Origin: Candidatus Kapaibacterium sp. | GTDB lineage: Bacteria > Bacteroidota > Ignavibacteria > Kapaibacteriales > UBA2268 | Length of the DNA stretch: 64,000 nt | Direction: 5' to 3' | Assembly (NCBI GenBank): GCA_963664875.1 | Contig: OY761611.1 | Location: forward strand, 2,240,001 to 2,304,000 | Part shown: positions 49,464 through 60,166 of the stretch, one piece after another | Position numbering within the stretch: position 1 is the first letter of the stretch | Layout of the letters: every line of letters begins with the position of its first letter | Program-made: the position numbers and the translations under genes | Notes under the pieces: model-generated | The model's database searches: none | What the model saw: only the letters and a program-made list of their open reading frames with translations | Told to the model about the DNA's origin: nothing

Positions 49464-49602
49464 TTCTGAACCTCTTGAGTATATATTGAGTATAGTAATT
49501 TTATTATTTCAGATGTGATTGATATGATAATATAGTCAATATTTATTACTGTTACAAGCTTTGTGCACAAGATTTTATACCGTTTGAGAGAATCATCTGA
49601 TA

Positions 49603-49648
49603 TATAAAACCTCGTATCAAATTGTGAATTTGGCACGAGGTTTTTATA
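49603..49648. terminator. Long imperfect hairpin, probable terminator of the upstream minus-strand operon
   Basis: TATAAAACCTCGTATCAAATT-GTG-AATTTGGCACGAGGTTTTTATA. Confidence 0.6.
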
Positions 49649-49681
49649 GATTCAATGCTTACTTTTATCTTTGCAAATATA

Positions 49682-50050
49682 TTATTTGGAGTTATTCTTG
49701 CTTTTGAGAGGACCAAACCTGAAATTGAGATAGGCTGAGCAACCAAGAGAAGCCATTAGATATATGCTTGCTAACAAATCTATCTCATAGTTAATTATAC
49801 CCATGCTTTTCAAACCAAGGAGCAAAGGCAAAATAAACAAAGAAGACAAGAGAATAGAAAACATAATTCGCAGTTTTGTTGTTTTTATTATTTCGTCAAG
49901 ATTCGGCACTACAGAATCTACGCTAATCAAGAAAAAACACACAGGATTCATAATGTACAAAACAACACCTTTTTGCTCTAACGCAAAAAGAGAAATCAGC
50001 ATCCCCACAATACCAAGTATCGAAAGGGCTGACAGAATTTTTTTCTGCAT
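49682..50050 (-). CDS. Hypothetical membrane protein (~4 TM)
   Basis: Start moved to ATG 50050 (GGAG RBS, 2 nt after the upstream stop); hydrophobic segments. Confidence 0.6.
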   Translation of the reverse strand: MQKKILSALSILGIVGMLISLFALEQKGVVLYIMNPVCFFLISVDSVVPNLDEIIKTTKLRIMFSILLSSLFILPLLLGLKSMGIINYEIDLLASIYLMASLGCSAYLNFRFGPLKSKNNSK

Positions 50051-50052
50051 AG

Positions 50053-50346
50053 TTACTCCGCAGTATATTGCTCTACGACTAAGCGGAACTCTTCCGGCAA
50101 CGCAGTTCTTGCTCCATCCGGGAAGACTATTCTGCATTTCTTATTTTCAATAGAGCCTTTGATTGTATATTTGGACTTTACGATAACTCTGAAAAATGGC
50201 TTGCCTAAAGTCTCATTGATAGCAAGTTTGCCTAATGTGCCAATATGTTTTGCAAAATCAATTGCAATTGGGTTGTCAAAATATATGTCAAGTATCGAAG
50301 AGCTTTCGAGGCAGCCTTCGATTTGTTTTGTGCTTATAATTTTCAT
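50053..50346 (-). CDS. Hypothetical protein translationally coupled to the desulfurase
   Basis: ATG directly follows the desulfurase stop codon; 97 aa. Confidence 0.7.
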   Translation of the reverse strand: MKIISTKQIEGCLESSSILDIYFDNPIAIDFAKHIGTLGKLAINETLGKPFFRVIVKSKYTIKGSIENKKCRIVFPDGARTALPEEFRLVVEQYTAE

Positions 50347-51489
50347 CTATCTTACAAATGTATTAACAATATCCTTTACTGCTTCTATAAAACGATTGAT
50401 TTCATCATCGCTTGTAAAATAAGACGGACTGCAGCGTACTGTGCCCCAAGCGTCTATGCCCAAAGGTTTTAAGGTCAGAGGAGCACAATGTACCCCAGCT
50501 CTTACAAATATATCGTAAGATGATTCTAAAATGTAATTGACCTCTTCAGGTGCCATTTTGCCTATGTTGAAGGTGTAAACTGAATAGCTGTTTTTTGTCT
50601 CCGATTTGTATGATTTTATCTCAGGAATAGCATCTAATTCTGCAATTACCTTTTTCATCATTTTTTTCTTTGTCTCGTGTATAGTTTCCACTCCTTGAGT
50701 GAGTAGCCATTTGACACCAGCATTGAGCGAGACTATGCCTGGTTTGTTTGGAGTTCCGCTTTCGAGATAATAAGGTAACTCTTTGGGTTGGAGAAGGGAC
50801 ATGCTTCTAATGCCGGTGCCGCCTGTTTTTAGAGGTTCGAGTTCGATTCCTTCTTTTATATATAATCCTCCGATACCCTGAATGCCATACAAATTTTTAT
50901 GCCCTGTAAATGCCATTAAATCTACATCCATATCAACTACATCAATAGGAATTGCACCGGCACCCTGTGAGGCATCTAAAATAAAGATACATCCGTGGGC
51001 GTGAGCTATTTTAGCAATTTCTTTTACATCCTGAATCGTTCCTGTTACATTAGAAACAAAATTTAGAACAACAACTTTTGTTCTTCCATTGATTAGTTCC
51101 TCTATAGATTTTGGCTCGACATATCCTGTCTCGTCGCATACTGCAAAATCAACATCTATAAGTCCTTTTTCCTGTAGTGCATTTAACGGTCTGATAACGG
51201 AATTATGCTCGATAGTAGTAGCAACCACATGACAGTCTGATAGTTTGAGTCCTTTTATTGCCAAATTTAAAGATTCTGTGCTTCCGGAAGTAAAGATGAT
51301 ATTATTGGGATTGGGAGCATTGAAAAGTTTAGCAAGCAGAGCTCTCGTTTCTGCAACTATATCAATACCTTCTTCGCCGCTACCGGAACGAGCCGAATGC
51401 AAAGGAGGCTCTGTGATACACAAGTTTACGGCATCTAATGTGTCCTGAGGTTTCGGGTATGTAGTGGCAGCATTATTAAGATATATCAT
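50347..51489 (-). CDS. Class V PLP-dependent cysteine desulfurase-family protein
   Basis: IYLNNAATT, FTSGSTESLN, EHNSV, DASQ, FTGHK (PLP Lys), ESGTPN, RAGVHCA (catalytic Cys). Confidence 0.92.
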   Translation of the reverse strand: MIYLNNAATTYPKPQDTLDAVNLCITEPPLHSARSGSGEEGIDIVAETRALLAKLFNAPNPNNIIFTSGSTESLNLAIKGLKLSDCHVVATTIEHNSVIRPLNALQEKGLIDVDFAVCDETGYVEPKSIEELINGRTKVVVLNFVSNVTGTIQDVKEIAKIAHAHGCIFILDASQGAGAIPIDVVDMDVDLMAFTGHKNLYGIQGIGGLYIKEGIELEPLKTGGTGIRSMSLLQPKELPYYLESGTPNKPGIVSLNAGVKWLLTQGVETIHETKKKMMKKVIAELDAIPEIKSYKSETKNSYSVYTFNIGKMAPEEVNYILESSYDIFVRAGVHCAPLTLKPLGIDAWGTVRCSPSYFTSDDEINRFIEAVKDIVNTFVR

Positions 51490-51855
51490 ATTTATATTCC
51501 TTCTTAGATTTAATCAAGCTTGTTTAAAATAGGAAAATTTAGTTAGACATTGCATTAAAAAAGCTATTTATACTGCATGTTAATCTGTCTAAAAAAAAAA
51601 TTATAACTCAAAATAGAGATCCCACAGTGAAAAAACAAATATGTTTAAGCACTCTAAAAATATTCGTTATGAGATAAAAAAGTTAACGCTATAATAAGTG
51701 CAACAGAAAGGTAAAATTTGCCACACAAAAAACAATTAAATTTGAAATTTCTTTATTCTTTAATTTTATTAAAATAACAAATTTTCTTATCTTGCTATTT
51801 TACTACATAGCTGGAATTTAATAGGATTCTTAGATTTTCGTGGGGGAGAAAGAAG

Positions 51856-52803
51856 ATGAGAAGACATATATTTTCTATTATGATAATGATGCTTACGGTT
51901 GGACTCATAAGATGTGGATTTGCACAAAGCGATAAAGAACAAGTATTTCAACCTTTAATCAATAAGCTATATGCCGCCGGAGTGGATAGTAATTTTATTC
52001 GCAAAGCTCTAAACAATGCTAATCTTGATTATAACGAAAAATTTGTTAAAATCAACGTAACAGGTGCGTTCAAAAAGCCTGATTATTCCGGGCATTATAA
52101 TAAATTCTCTGTCAAAAAATCTAAAACCTTTTACAAAGAAAATCTTGAATTGCTAAAATCCGCTGAGCAAAAATTTGGTGTTCCTGCAGAAGTTATTGCA
52201 TCTGTTTTGTGGGTAGAAACAAGACATGGTGCTTACCTTGGAAATAACAACATAGCATCTGTATTTTTCAGCACTGCATTGGCAAATCTGCCGGAAAATA
52301 TTCAGATGAATAAAGATGATTTGAAATCCAAATTTGTAGGCGAAGAAGAAGAATTAGATTCACTATTCAAAAGAATAGAAGAAAGAGCAAACAAAAAAGC
52401 AAAGTGGGCTTTCGAGCAGATACTGGCTTTAGAAAAATTAGATAAGGTTTCGCCCATAGACGTATTCGAAATTAAAGGTTCTTGGGCAGGAGCGTTCGGG
52501 ATGTCCCAATTCCTGCCATCCAGCTATATTTCATGGGCTTTCGATGGAGACAGCGACGGTGTAATCAATCTATTCCACAAAGAAGATGCTGTTTTCAGTG
52601 TGGCGAACTATCTTAAAAGCAACGGATGGGGAGAAAGCAATGAAGCACAACGTGCTGCTGTGTTTCATTATAATAACAGCAACGACTATGTAGATGCCGT
52701 CCTAAAACTTGCCTCTTTGATAGTAAGTGAGGATTCGGATACTGACAGCAGTATGCTTAGATTCGACATTAAAACACCCTTGAACAAACAACTTTTAAAT
52801 TAA
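51856..52803 (+). CDS. mltB: Lytic murein transglycosylase, MltB-like (GH103)
   Basis: GVPAEVIASVLWVETRHG, GSWAGAFGMSQFLPSSY, DGDSDG..DAVFSVANYL..GW, HYNNS..Y. Confidence 0.9.
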   Translation: MRRHIFSIMIMMLTVGLIRCGFAQSDKEQVFQPLINKLYAAGVDSNFIRKALNNANLDYNEKFVKINVTGAFKKPDYSGHYNKFSVKKSKTFYKENLELLKSAEQKFGVPAEVIASVLWVETRHGAYLGNNNIASVFFSTALANLPENIQMNKDDLKSKFVGEEEELDSLFKRIEERANKKAKWAFEQILALEKLDKVSPIDVFEIKGSWAGAFGMSQFLPSSYISWAFDGDSDGVINLFHKEDAVFSVANYLKSNGWGESNEAQRAAVFHYNNSNDYVDAVLKLASLIVSEDSDTDSSMLRFDIKTPLNKQLLN

Positions 52804-52815
52804 TATAGGTTATTT

Positions 52816-53802
52816 ATGAAGCTACTTTTACGAGTTATGCTAATCTTTGCTATTAGCTTCTCTTTTGTAAGTCCTACATTCTCCCAGTTTTGGGAAGAAG
52901 AAGAAAACGGCAAACCTGAAAAAACAGAAAAAAAAGAAGAAAGTTCATTTGGTATTTGGGGCGAGGCTCCGCCTGACACAACTACATCCGAATCAAAATC
53001 CGGCTTTTGGGACATATTTAAAGGTGAACCCGAAGACTCTGCTACTGCTGCCAGAAAAAAAATGATAGAAGAGGCTGATTCTGAAAAAAATAAAGAAAAA
53101 TTTGATTCTTTTGGTAAAGATAAATTTACAAACAACGACAAAAACTCTGACCTTAAAGAGTACGAAGGCTCTACTGTCTTGTTAACAGGCACTGTCCTCG
53201 ATGAGAAAGGCAAGCCGATTCAGGATAATATTTATCTAATCAACCAGTATGGTAAACGCAAACTCTGCCGTGCAAATAATGAAGGCATTTATAAAACAGT
53301 TTTACCATCAGGTGGCTATTATAATATATACCTGAAAAATAGGATAGTTGATAATCCTGTAGTGGTCTTGAAAAAGACAAGCAAATACACAGAGGTCAGC
53401 CACGATTTTAAAGCTGACATTATTAAAGAGGGAAGCGTGGTTTTCTGTAAAAACATTTTTACTTCTAACCAATCTCAAATAAACACAAATCTTGATACTT
53501 TGAAAAATTTGCTTGGCACATATAACCATGTCTCTTTTACTATTGAAGTAAATGCTCCGGTAGTAAAAGAAAAAACGAAAAAAAGTAAAAAATCTAAAAA
53601 GAAAAAAGGTAAAAATCAGGCCGATCCTACTCCTAAGTTAGACGCAACTATAGCTCAGGCAAGAATAGAACAGTTAGAAGGTACTTTCGCAGAAATGGGT
53701 ATAAATAAAAAACTTTACGAAATAAAGGCAGCTGATTATAACAAACAGCTCCCCGAAAACTGTGTTACAATAAAAATCAAATCGATAACAAAACTACAGT
53801 AA
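52816..53802 (+). CDS. Exported protein with carboxypeptidase-regulatory-like and degenerate OmpA-C-like domains
   Basis: Signal peptide; LLTGTVLDEKGKP..NNEGIYKTVLP; C-terminal KNIF..LDTLKNLL..TIEV..AQAR..GI pattern. Confidence 0.55.
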   Translation: MKLLLRVMLIFAISFSFVSPTFSQFWEEEENGKPEKTEKKEESSFGIWGEAPPDTTTSESKSGFWDIFKGEPEDSATAARKKMIEEADSEKNKEKFDSFGKDKFTNNDKNSDLKEYEGSTVLLTGTVLDEKGKPIQDNIYLINQYGKRKLCRANNEGIYKTVLPSGGYYNIYLKNRIVDNPVVVLKKTSKYTEVSHDFKADIIKEGSVVFCKNIFTSNQSQINTNLDTLKNLLGTYNHVSFTIEVNAPVVKEKTKKSKKSKKKKGKNQADPTPKLDATIAQARIEQLEGTFAEMGINKKLYEIKAADYNKQLPENCVTIKIKSITKLQ

Positions 53803-53824
53803 TACAGAAACTGAAAATAAATCA

Positions 53825-53874
53825 AAAACAGCCTGCATTTCATTATAACTTTTGAAAATGCAGGCTGTTTTTTT
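53825..53874. terminator. Bidirectional intrinsic terminator
   Basis: AAAAACAGCCTGCATTT..AAATGCAGGCTGTTTTTT. Confidence 0.85.
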
Positions 53875-53973
53875 AATATATAAGTATATTCAGCAGAGTT
53901 TGTCAAGTCTGAAACTTAGATTCCCGGCAAAATCTAGTTATGCATATTTGTTGCATCTGACAAGTCAGTTTGT

Positions 53974-54525
53974 TTATTTGCTTTGGTTGCGAGACTCTTT
54001 TTTTGCTTCTTTTAACCATTTGATATTTAATATAAGAAGAGGCAACCATACCGCTAATTGCATCATCGAAAGATAAACTTCCGCCTGCATATAAGAAAAT
54101 AGATTGACAAAATTTCCTAGTACAAAAACGGCTGACCCGAAAATATTCGATTTGAAAGTGATTCTATTCTTTTTAAAGAAATATTCCATAGCAAAGCCCA
54201 TTGCAAAGAAAGATTCAGCTAATAACATTAAATTGTCAATAGAGCTTTCCGTAGCGTTATGTGGATTTGCCCAGCCTTCAGAATACAAATATGCAACAAT
54301 GTTTATAACCAGAAGTACGGCACCCAAAATACTTAGAAGCTTTTTCTTTTTGACTAAATTTTCCATTTCATCAGAGAGTATCATCCTGTCCAAAGCATTT
54401 CTAATCTGCTTTTTGTCATAGTATTCCTCAGACAGCTTCTCAACTATTTCAGTCGGCTGCATCCCGGCAAGCATCATTTCTTGTGCCTTAGGAAATAATT
54501 CCTTATCTATTGATTTCTTGGTCAT
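53974..54525 (-). CDS. Hypothetical membrane protein
   Basis: 183-aa ORF with a soluble N-terminus and ~4 hydrophobic segments. Confidence 0.65.
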   Translation of the reverse strand: MTKKSIDKELFPKAQEMMLAGMQPTEIVEKLSEEYYDKKQIRNALDRMILSDEMENLVKKKKLLSILGAVLLVINIVAYLYSEGWANPHNATESSIDNLMLLAESFFAMGFAMEYFFKKNRITFKSNIFGSAVFVLGNFVNLFSYMQAEVYLSMMQLAVWLPLLILNIKWLKEAKKESRNQSK

Positions 54526-54636
54526 TATATTTCTTGTTGTTAGTTAATCATATTGCAAGATAAGCAATAGATATATATTTATAAAACAGAAATATCCAAA
54601 TTGTCGATTATAAAAGCTGATGAAGGTATTAACAAA

Positions 54637-54663
54637 AGAGGCTATCGAATATGCGACAGCCTC
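54637..54663 (-). terminator. Terminator after leuS
   Basis: Minus strand GAGGCTGTCG-CATATT-CGATAGCCTC-TTTTG. Confidence 0.7.
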
Positions 54664-54690
54664 AATTAGAATATTATATATGATAATTTC

Positions 54691-57243
54691 TTAGTTCGCA
54701 ATAAAGTTGATCAATTTGTTTGGAACAAAGATTACTTTACGGATAGTTTTTCCTTCGAGATAGCTTTGTACCTTTTCATCAGCTTTTGCAAGTTCTTCAA
54801 TTTGCTGCTGAGTTGCTTCAGCAGGCACTTGCAGTTTTGCTCTGATTTTTGAAGCTACCTGCACTACAAATTCTATTGTGCTTTTTTGAGTTTTTGCTTC
54901 ATCATATTCCGGATATGCCTGTAAAACTACAGATTCTGATTTGCCGAGAATCTGCCATAGCTCTTCCGCAATGTGAGGAGCAAACGGAGCAAGGCAAAGC
55001 ACGAATTTTTCCATAGCTTCTCTTGGTTTTACTTCCGCTTTAGTAAATTCATTAACAAAAACCATCATAGCAGAAATAGCAGTATTAAAGTGCATATTGT
55101 CGATATCTTCGCCAACTTTTTTGATTGTAGTATGAAGTACGTAGTCCTGTTCTTCATTTAGAGCTACATCTTGCACTGCCGCAGATAAGCTGCCTTCAGC
55201 GTCAACAATCATTCTCCACGCTCTATCCAAGAAGTTGGAAACACCTTTGATGCCTTGAGTTGACCAAGGTTTGGAATCGCCAAGAGGGCCTAAGAACATT
55301 TCATATAATCTTAGAGAATCCGCACCGTATTCTTTGATTACATCATCAGGATTGACAACATTTCCCAAAGACTTTGACATTTTCCTGCCATCTTCGCCCA
55401 TGATTAGACCCTGATGGAACAATTTTCTAAATGGTTCTTCTGTAGAAACGTAACCATAATCAAAAAGAACTTTGTGCCAGAAACGAGCATATAGCAAGTG
55501 GAGAACTGCATGCTCTGCACCACCCATATATAAATCAACACCCTGTCCCTGCATCCAATATTCTTCTTTTTCAGGATCGCAGAATATTTCGTCGTTTGTT
55601 GGGTCAATATATCTCAAGTAATACCAGCAAGAGCCTGCCCATTGAGGCATAGTGTTAGTTTCGAATCTTGCCTTTTTACCCGTTAAAGGATCGACAAAGT
55701 TAGTCCATGATTCAACATTTGCTAATGGAGACTCTCCTGTTCCTGCCGGCTGATAGTCAGTTACATCCGGCAATACAAGCGGCAACTCGTCTTCATTTAA
55801 AGCACGTTTTGTGCCGTCTTCAAAGAACATAATTGGCATTGGTTCACCCCAATATCTTTGGCGAGAGAACAACCAGTCACGAAGTTTGAATTGAACTTTT
55901 GCTTTGCCAAGTAACTGATCTTCGAACCATTTCGTCATAATTTTGCCCCCTTCAGCAGTAGGCATATCATCTATAGAAACTTCATTGTTTGAAGAGTTGC
56001 AGCAGATGCCATACTCTGTAAATGCAGCTTCCTGCACGTCCCATTCAGAACCATCAGCAGGCTTCACAACTTGTTTGATAGGCAAGCCAAGAGCTTTTGC
56101 AAATTCGTGGTCTCTTGCGTCGTGTCCGGGAACAGCCATAATAGCACCAGTGCCGTAATGAGCAAGAACGTAGTCTGCTATCAAAACAGGAATTTTAGTT
56201 TTATTAGCAGGGTTGCAGGCATAAGCACCTGTGAACACACCTGTTTTTTCTTTGCTTAATTCTGTTCTTTCAAGATCACTTTTAAGAGCAGATTTTTCAA
56301 TATATTTTTCGATTGCTTCTTTGTGCTCAGGCGTAGTGATTTTTGCAACAAGTTCATGCTCAGGAGCAAGCACCATGTACGTAGCGCCGAAAATCGTGTC
56401 AGGACGTGTAGTAAATACTTTAACCTGATCGCCTGTTTCAGCTATTTCAAAAGTAAGCTCTGCACCGGTGCTTTTACCAATCCAGTTTTTCTGCATATCT
56501 TTAGTAGAGTTTGGCCATTCAACCAAATCAAGATCATCCAGCAAACGGTGAGCATATTCTGTAATTTTTAGCATCCACTGTCTCATCGGACGACGCTCAA
56601 CAGTATAGCCTTTGTCTTTCCATTCGTCAACTTCTTCATTTGCAAGTACAGTACCAAGCTCTTCGCACCAGTTCACCGGAATCATAGAGATATAAGCAAG
56701 TCTGTGATCGTCTTTATAGTCTTCAATTTCTTTTTCGGACTTAAGATTTTCAGGAATTGGAAGCTCGTCTATGTGGCGAGCTTTGTCAGCTTCTTTGTCA
56801 TACCAAGAATTATATATCATAAGGAACATCCACTGAGTCCATTTATAATAAGACGGGTCAGTAGTATTTACAGAGCGATCCCAATCATATCCCAAGCCAA
56901 TCATATCAAGCTGACGTATGAAGTTTTCGATATTTTTAGAAGTTGCCTCCACCGGGTGGATACCTGTTTTCATGCAATATCTTTCAGTAGGCAAACCAAA
57001 AGCATCAAAGCCCATTGGGTGAATAACATTAAAGCCGGTCATTCTTTTGTAGCGAGCGATAATATCAGTCGCTGTGTAGCCTTCCGGGTGACCAATATGC
57101 AAGCCTGCGCCTGATGGATAAGGGAACATATCCAGAATATAATATTTAGGTTTATCGTATTCTTCGCCTGTTTTGTAGATTTGCTTTTCTTTCCAATATT
57201 GTTGCCATTTAGGCTCAATACTGCCAAAAGGATAAGTTGACAT
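54691..57243 (-). CDS. leuS: Leucine--tRNA ligase
   Basis: [51 protein letters not shown]. Confidence 0.99.
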   Translation of the reverse strand: MSTYPFGSIEPKWQQYWKEKQIYKTGEEYDKPKYYILDMFPYPSGAGLHIGHPEGYTATDIIARYKRMTGFNVIHPMGFDAFGLPTERYCMKTGIHPVEATSKNIENFIRQLDMIGLGYDWDRSVNTTDPSYYKWTQWMFLMIYNSWYDKEADKARHIDELPIPENLKSEKEIEDYKDDHRLAYISMIPVNWCEELGTVLANEEVDEWKDKGYTVERRPMRQWMLKITEYAHRLLDDLDLVEWPNSTKDMQKNWIGKSTGAELTFEIAETGDQVKVFTTRPDTIFGATYMVLAPEHELVAKITTPEHKEAIEKYIEKSALKSDLERTELSKEKTGVFTGAYACNPANKTKIPVLIADYVLAHYGTGAIMAVPGHDARDHEFAKALGLPIKQVVKPADGSEWDVQEAAFTEYGICCNSSNNEVSIDDMPTAEGGKIMTKWFEDQLLGKAKVQFKLRDWLFSRQRYWGEPMPIMFFEDGTKRALNEDELPLVLPDVTDYQPAGTGESPLANVESWTNFVDPLTGKKARFETNTMPQWAGSCWYYLRYIDPTNDEIFCDPEKEEYWMQGQGVDLYMGGAEHAVLHLLYARFWHKVLFDYGYVSTEEPFRKLFHQGLIMGEDGRKMSKSLGNVVNPDDVIKEYGADSLRLYEMFLGPLGDSKPWSTQGIKGVSNFLDRAWRMIVDAEGSLSAAVQDVALNEEQDYVLHTTIKKVGEDIDNMHFNTAISAMMVFVNEFTKAEVKPREAMEKFVLCLAPFAPHIAEELWQILGKSESVVLQAYPEYDEAKTQKSTIEFVVQVASKIRAKLQVPAEATQQQIEELAKADEKVQSYLEGKTIRKVIFVPNKLINFIAN

Positions 57244-57498
57244 CGTAAGTCCTTAGAATTAAATTACTATACTAAATTGATTATATACTTATTCAAGTAA
57301 ATCAAAAATACGAAAATTTGAGAGGAAATAATATTAGGAGGGAAAATTCTTTTTAGTTTATATTGTTTTGCTCACTTTAGCTAAGTATCAAGCTCGCTCA
57401 GCTTCCTCATGACCAATTGAATATAAGCATGCCCTGCAATCTATCCAACCTTAAGTCAAGCAAAGAATAGAATCAACTATAAACTACCAAATTCTGCT

Positions 57499-59391
57499 CT
57501 AAATGGCTAAATCACCACGATACTTTGGCACAGTAAAGTAGAATTTACTGCCAAGATTGATTTGGCTTCTTACCCAAATTCTGCCGCCGTGCTTTTGGAC
57601 AAACTCTTTGCATAGCACTAAGCCTAGCCCTGTGCCTTTTTCTGCATTAGTACCTAAGGAGGTATGATGATGCTCCGGATTAAAAAGATTAGAAGCAACT
57701 TCTTCTTCCATCCCTATTCCTGTATCTTCAATGCAAACTGTAACAAATTCTGAGTCTTCTGCGACTACATCAAAAGTTATTTTGCCGCCCTCTTCTGTAA
57801 ATTTTATAGCATTAGAAGTTAAATTCCTTATTACTGTAGTGAGCATATTTCTGTCGCCATGGACATACACCGGGCTTTTGATTTTTGAGCTTAGATCTAT
57901 CATTTTTTCTTTTGCTGAGGCTGAAAGAAGATAAATATTATTAAAGGCAAGTTCCTGCAAATCGATTGGTTCGGGATTAAACGATATATTACCCATTTGA
58001 GTTCTTGACCATTGGAGTAAATCTTCGAGTAGCTTATAAATGCTGTTAGCTGAATCATAAATTGACGAGGCAGTCTCTTTCAAATCCTTCATAGTCATTT
58101 CTTCAATATCTTTATTAAGCACTTTAGAAAGTCCAAGAAAGTTCCCCATAGGTCCTTTCATGTCGTGTGCTATGATTGAGAAGAATTTGTCTTTTACTGA
58201 TAGGGCTTCCTGAAGCTTCTTTTCAGATTCTTTGAGTGCAAGCTCTGTGCTTTTTTGTTTAGTAATCTCTGTAATGACGATTACAACACCGTTTAATTCG
58301 CCTTCCGGAGTATAAAAAGCACGGGGCGTAACCAAGACCGGGACTGTATTGCCGTTTTCATGTATCAGATTGAGTTCGAAAGATTCGTTTCCGTTATCAA
58401 ATCTTTTTAAGCGAATCGCAAGGAATTGTGCTTCATTTTCAGAAATAAAATCAAATGGGGTCATTCCGTGAATTTTGTTTTGTGCTTTGCCAATCATATT
58501 ACAAAATGCACCATTGCCAAAAGTAATTTTGAAATCCTTGTCTGTTTTAATCAGACCTTCGCCCATGGTATCAATTAGAAATCTATAGTGCGAGAGAGCT
58601 TCTTTGAGTTTGTTTTCTGCAATTATGCTGGAAGTAATATCCCTAACTGTCCCTTCGATGAAAGCATCGCTTCCGAATTTATCTTTGATTAGTCTGGCAG
58701 TTACAGATACCCATACGATAGAACCGTCTTTTTTTTGAATCTTGGTCTCATATTGGTCAATAACACCAAATTCTAAGAGTTTATTTTTGAATAGTTGTAC
58801 TCTGTGAGGCTGCAAAGAATTCTCAAAAACATTGAGCCCAACAAGCTCGCCGGGAGTATATCCGGTAACGTCAAAACAGGAAGGCGAAATCATTAGAATA
58901 TATCCATCTGTATCCATCCTAAGAAATACATCTCGCAAATTGGAGAATAATGCCCTATATTCCTGCTCTCTAATTAGGAGAGCTTCTTGAGCTGCTTTTC
59001 TTTCAGATATATCAAGTATCACTCCGATAATCTCAATCACCTTTCCCGAAGAATCCTTTAGCGGAGTAACTGAAAGATCAGCCCAGAGTATGGTGCCGTC
59101 TGACTTTATGTAGCGTTTCTCTATGCGATAGAAGTCAAGCTCACCGTTGACCAATTTAGAATATAAAGTCTTTGTTTTTTCGAGGTCATCCTTTACTGTA
59201 ATATCAAATATATTTTTAGCATTGAGCTCATTCTCCGAGTAACCCAAGATAGTTTGTAAATATGTATTGGTGTAGAGTATTTTACCTTCTGTATTCAATA
59301 AATCTATACCGACAGCAGCGTTGTCAAAAACTGCAGTTAGTTTAGCTTCTGTTTGCGTTTGGATTGCTTTTATGTGATTCTTTTTACTCAT
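57499..59391 (-). CDS. Multi-PAS sensor histidine kinase
   Basis: Three PAS domains; IIAHDMKGP; NAIKFT; DTGIGM; EKGTGLGL. Confidence 0.93.
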   Translation of the reverse strand: MSKKNHIKAIQTQTEAKLTAVFDNAAVGIDLLNTEGKILYTNTYLQTILGYSENELNAKNIFDITVKDDLEKTKTLYSKLVNGELDFYRIEKRYIKSDGTILWADLSVTPLKDSSGKVIEIIGVILDISERKAAQEALLIREQEYRALFSNLRDVFLRMDTDGYILMISPSCFDVTGYTPGELVGLNVFENSLQPHRVQLFKNKLLEFGVIDQYETKIQKKDGSIVWVSVTARLIKDKFGSDAFIEGTVRDITSSIIAENKLKEALSHYRFLIDTMGEGLIKTDKDFKITFGNGAFCNMIGKAQNKIHGMTPFDFISENEAQFLAIRLKRFDNGNESFELNLIHENGNTVPVLVTPRAFYTPEGELNGVVIVITEITKQKSTELALKESEKKLQEALSVKDKFFSIIAHDMKGPMGNFLGLSKVLNKDIEEMTMKDLKETASSIYDSANSIYKLLEDLLQWSRTQMGNISFNPEPIDLQELAFNNIYLLSASAKEKMIDLSSKIKSPVYVHGDRNMLTTVIRNLTSNAIKFTEEGGKITFDVVAEDSEFVTVCIEDTGIGMEEEVASNLFNPEHHHTSLGTNAEKGTGLGLVLCKEFVQKHGGRIWVRSQINLGSKFYFTVPKYRGDLAI

Positions 59392-59444
59392 AAAAATATA
59401 TTTATCTTAATTTTAGAGAAGGTGTAAAACTTGTTTGTTTCCTA

Positions 59445-59471
59445 TTATCGACCAATTTGTAACAATGTTTA
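59445..59471 (-). promoter_or_regulatory. Putative sigma-28 (FliA) promoter
   Basis: Minus strand TAAA-N15-GTCGATAA, 54 nt upstream of the kinase ATG. Confidence 0.55.
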
Positions 59472-59735
59472 ATAATTCGTGTCGAAAGAACTCACAATAT
59501 ATTACACAAAAACGATTTATCTAAATATAATATTGCTACGCGTAAATAATATCGGTAGTTATACTTAATTACCATAAGTATTTTACGCTACTATGCATTT
59601 TTATACTTAACTGCTTCAGGGTATAATTTTAAAGTAGTAAAAGGTATTTAATTTCACAAAAGTAACATTGGAAAAATTACTTGTATCTACTTAAAAGAAT
59701 AAGTATGTTTGATAAATTTTATTATTTAAATATCT

Positions 59736-60161
59736 GTGATGCAAGTACTTCAAAAAGACATTACTTTAAAGCGAAGAAGCAGGGGTGCCCATCTAATAAC
59801 CGGTGAAATAACAGATTCTTTCAGAGAAATGTCTTCGATAAAAGCCGGAATAGCTAATATTTTTATCAAACATACCAGTGCTTCTTTAGCAATCAATGAG
59901 AATGCCGATCCTGATGTAAGAATAGATTTAGAGCACTATCTGAACCGTGCAGTACCCGAAAATGCTTCAGATTATCTACACACAGCAGAGGGTGCTGACG
60001 ATATGACTTCGCATATTAAAAGCATTCTAATTGGAAGTTCGCTCACTATTCCGATAAAAAACGGTAAATTTGCATTAGGCACATGGCAGGGTATTTATTT
60101 ATGTGAGCATCGCAATAATGCTTCAGCCCGACATTTGACAATTACGATAATAGGCGAATAA
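59736..60161 (+). CDS. yjbQ: YjbQ/UPF0047 family protein
   Basis: HTSASLAINENADPDV, HIKS, LGTWQGIYLCEH. Confidence 0.93.
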   Translation: MMQVLQKDITLKRRSRGAHLITGEITDSFREMSSIKAGIANIFIKHTSASLAINENADPDVRIDLEHYLNRAVPENASDYLHTAEGADDMTSHIKSILIGSSLTIPIKNGKFALGTWQGIYLCEHRNNASARHLTITIIGE

Positions 60162-60166
60162 ACAAT

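Noticed and set aside
59392-60166. preQ1 riboswitch upstream of yjbQ-queC
   Set aside because: No recognisable preQ1 stem-loop with an A-rich tail.
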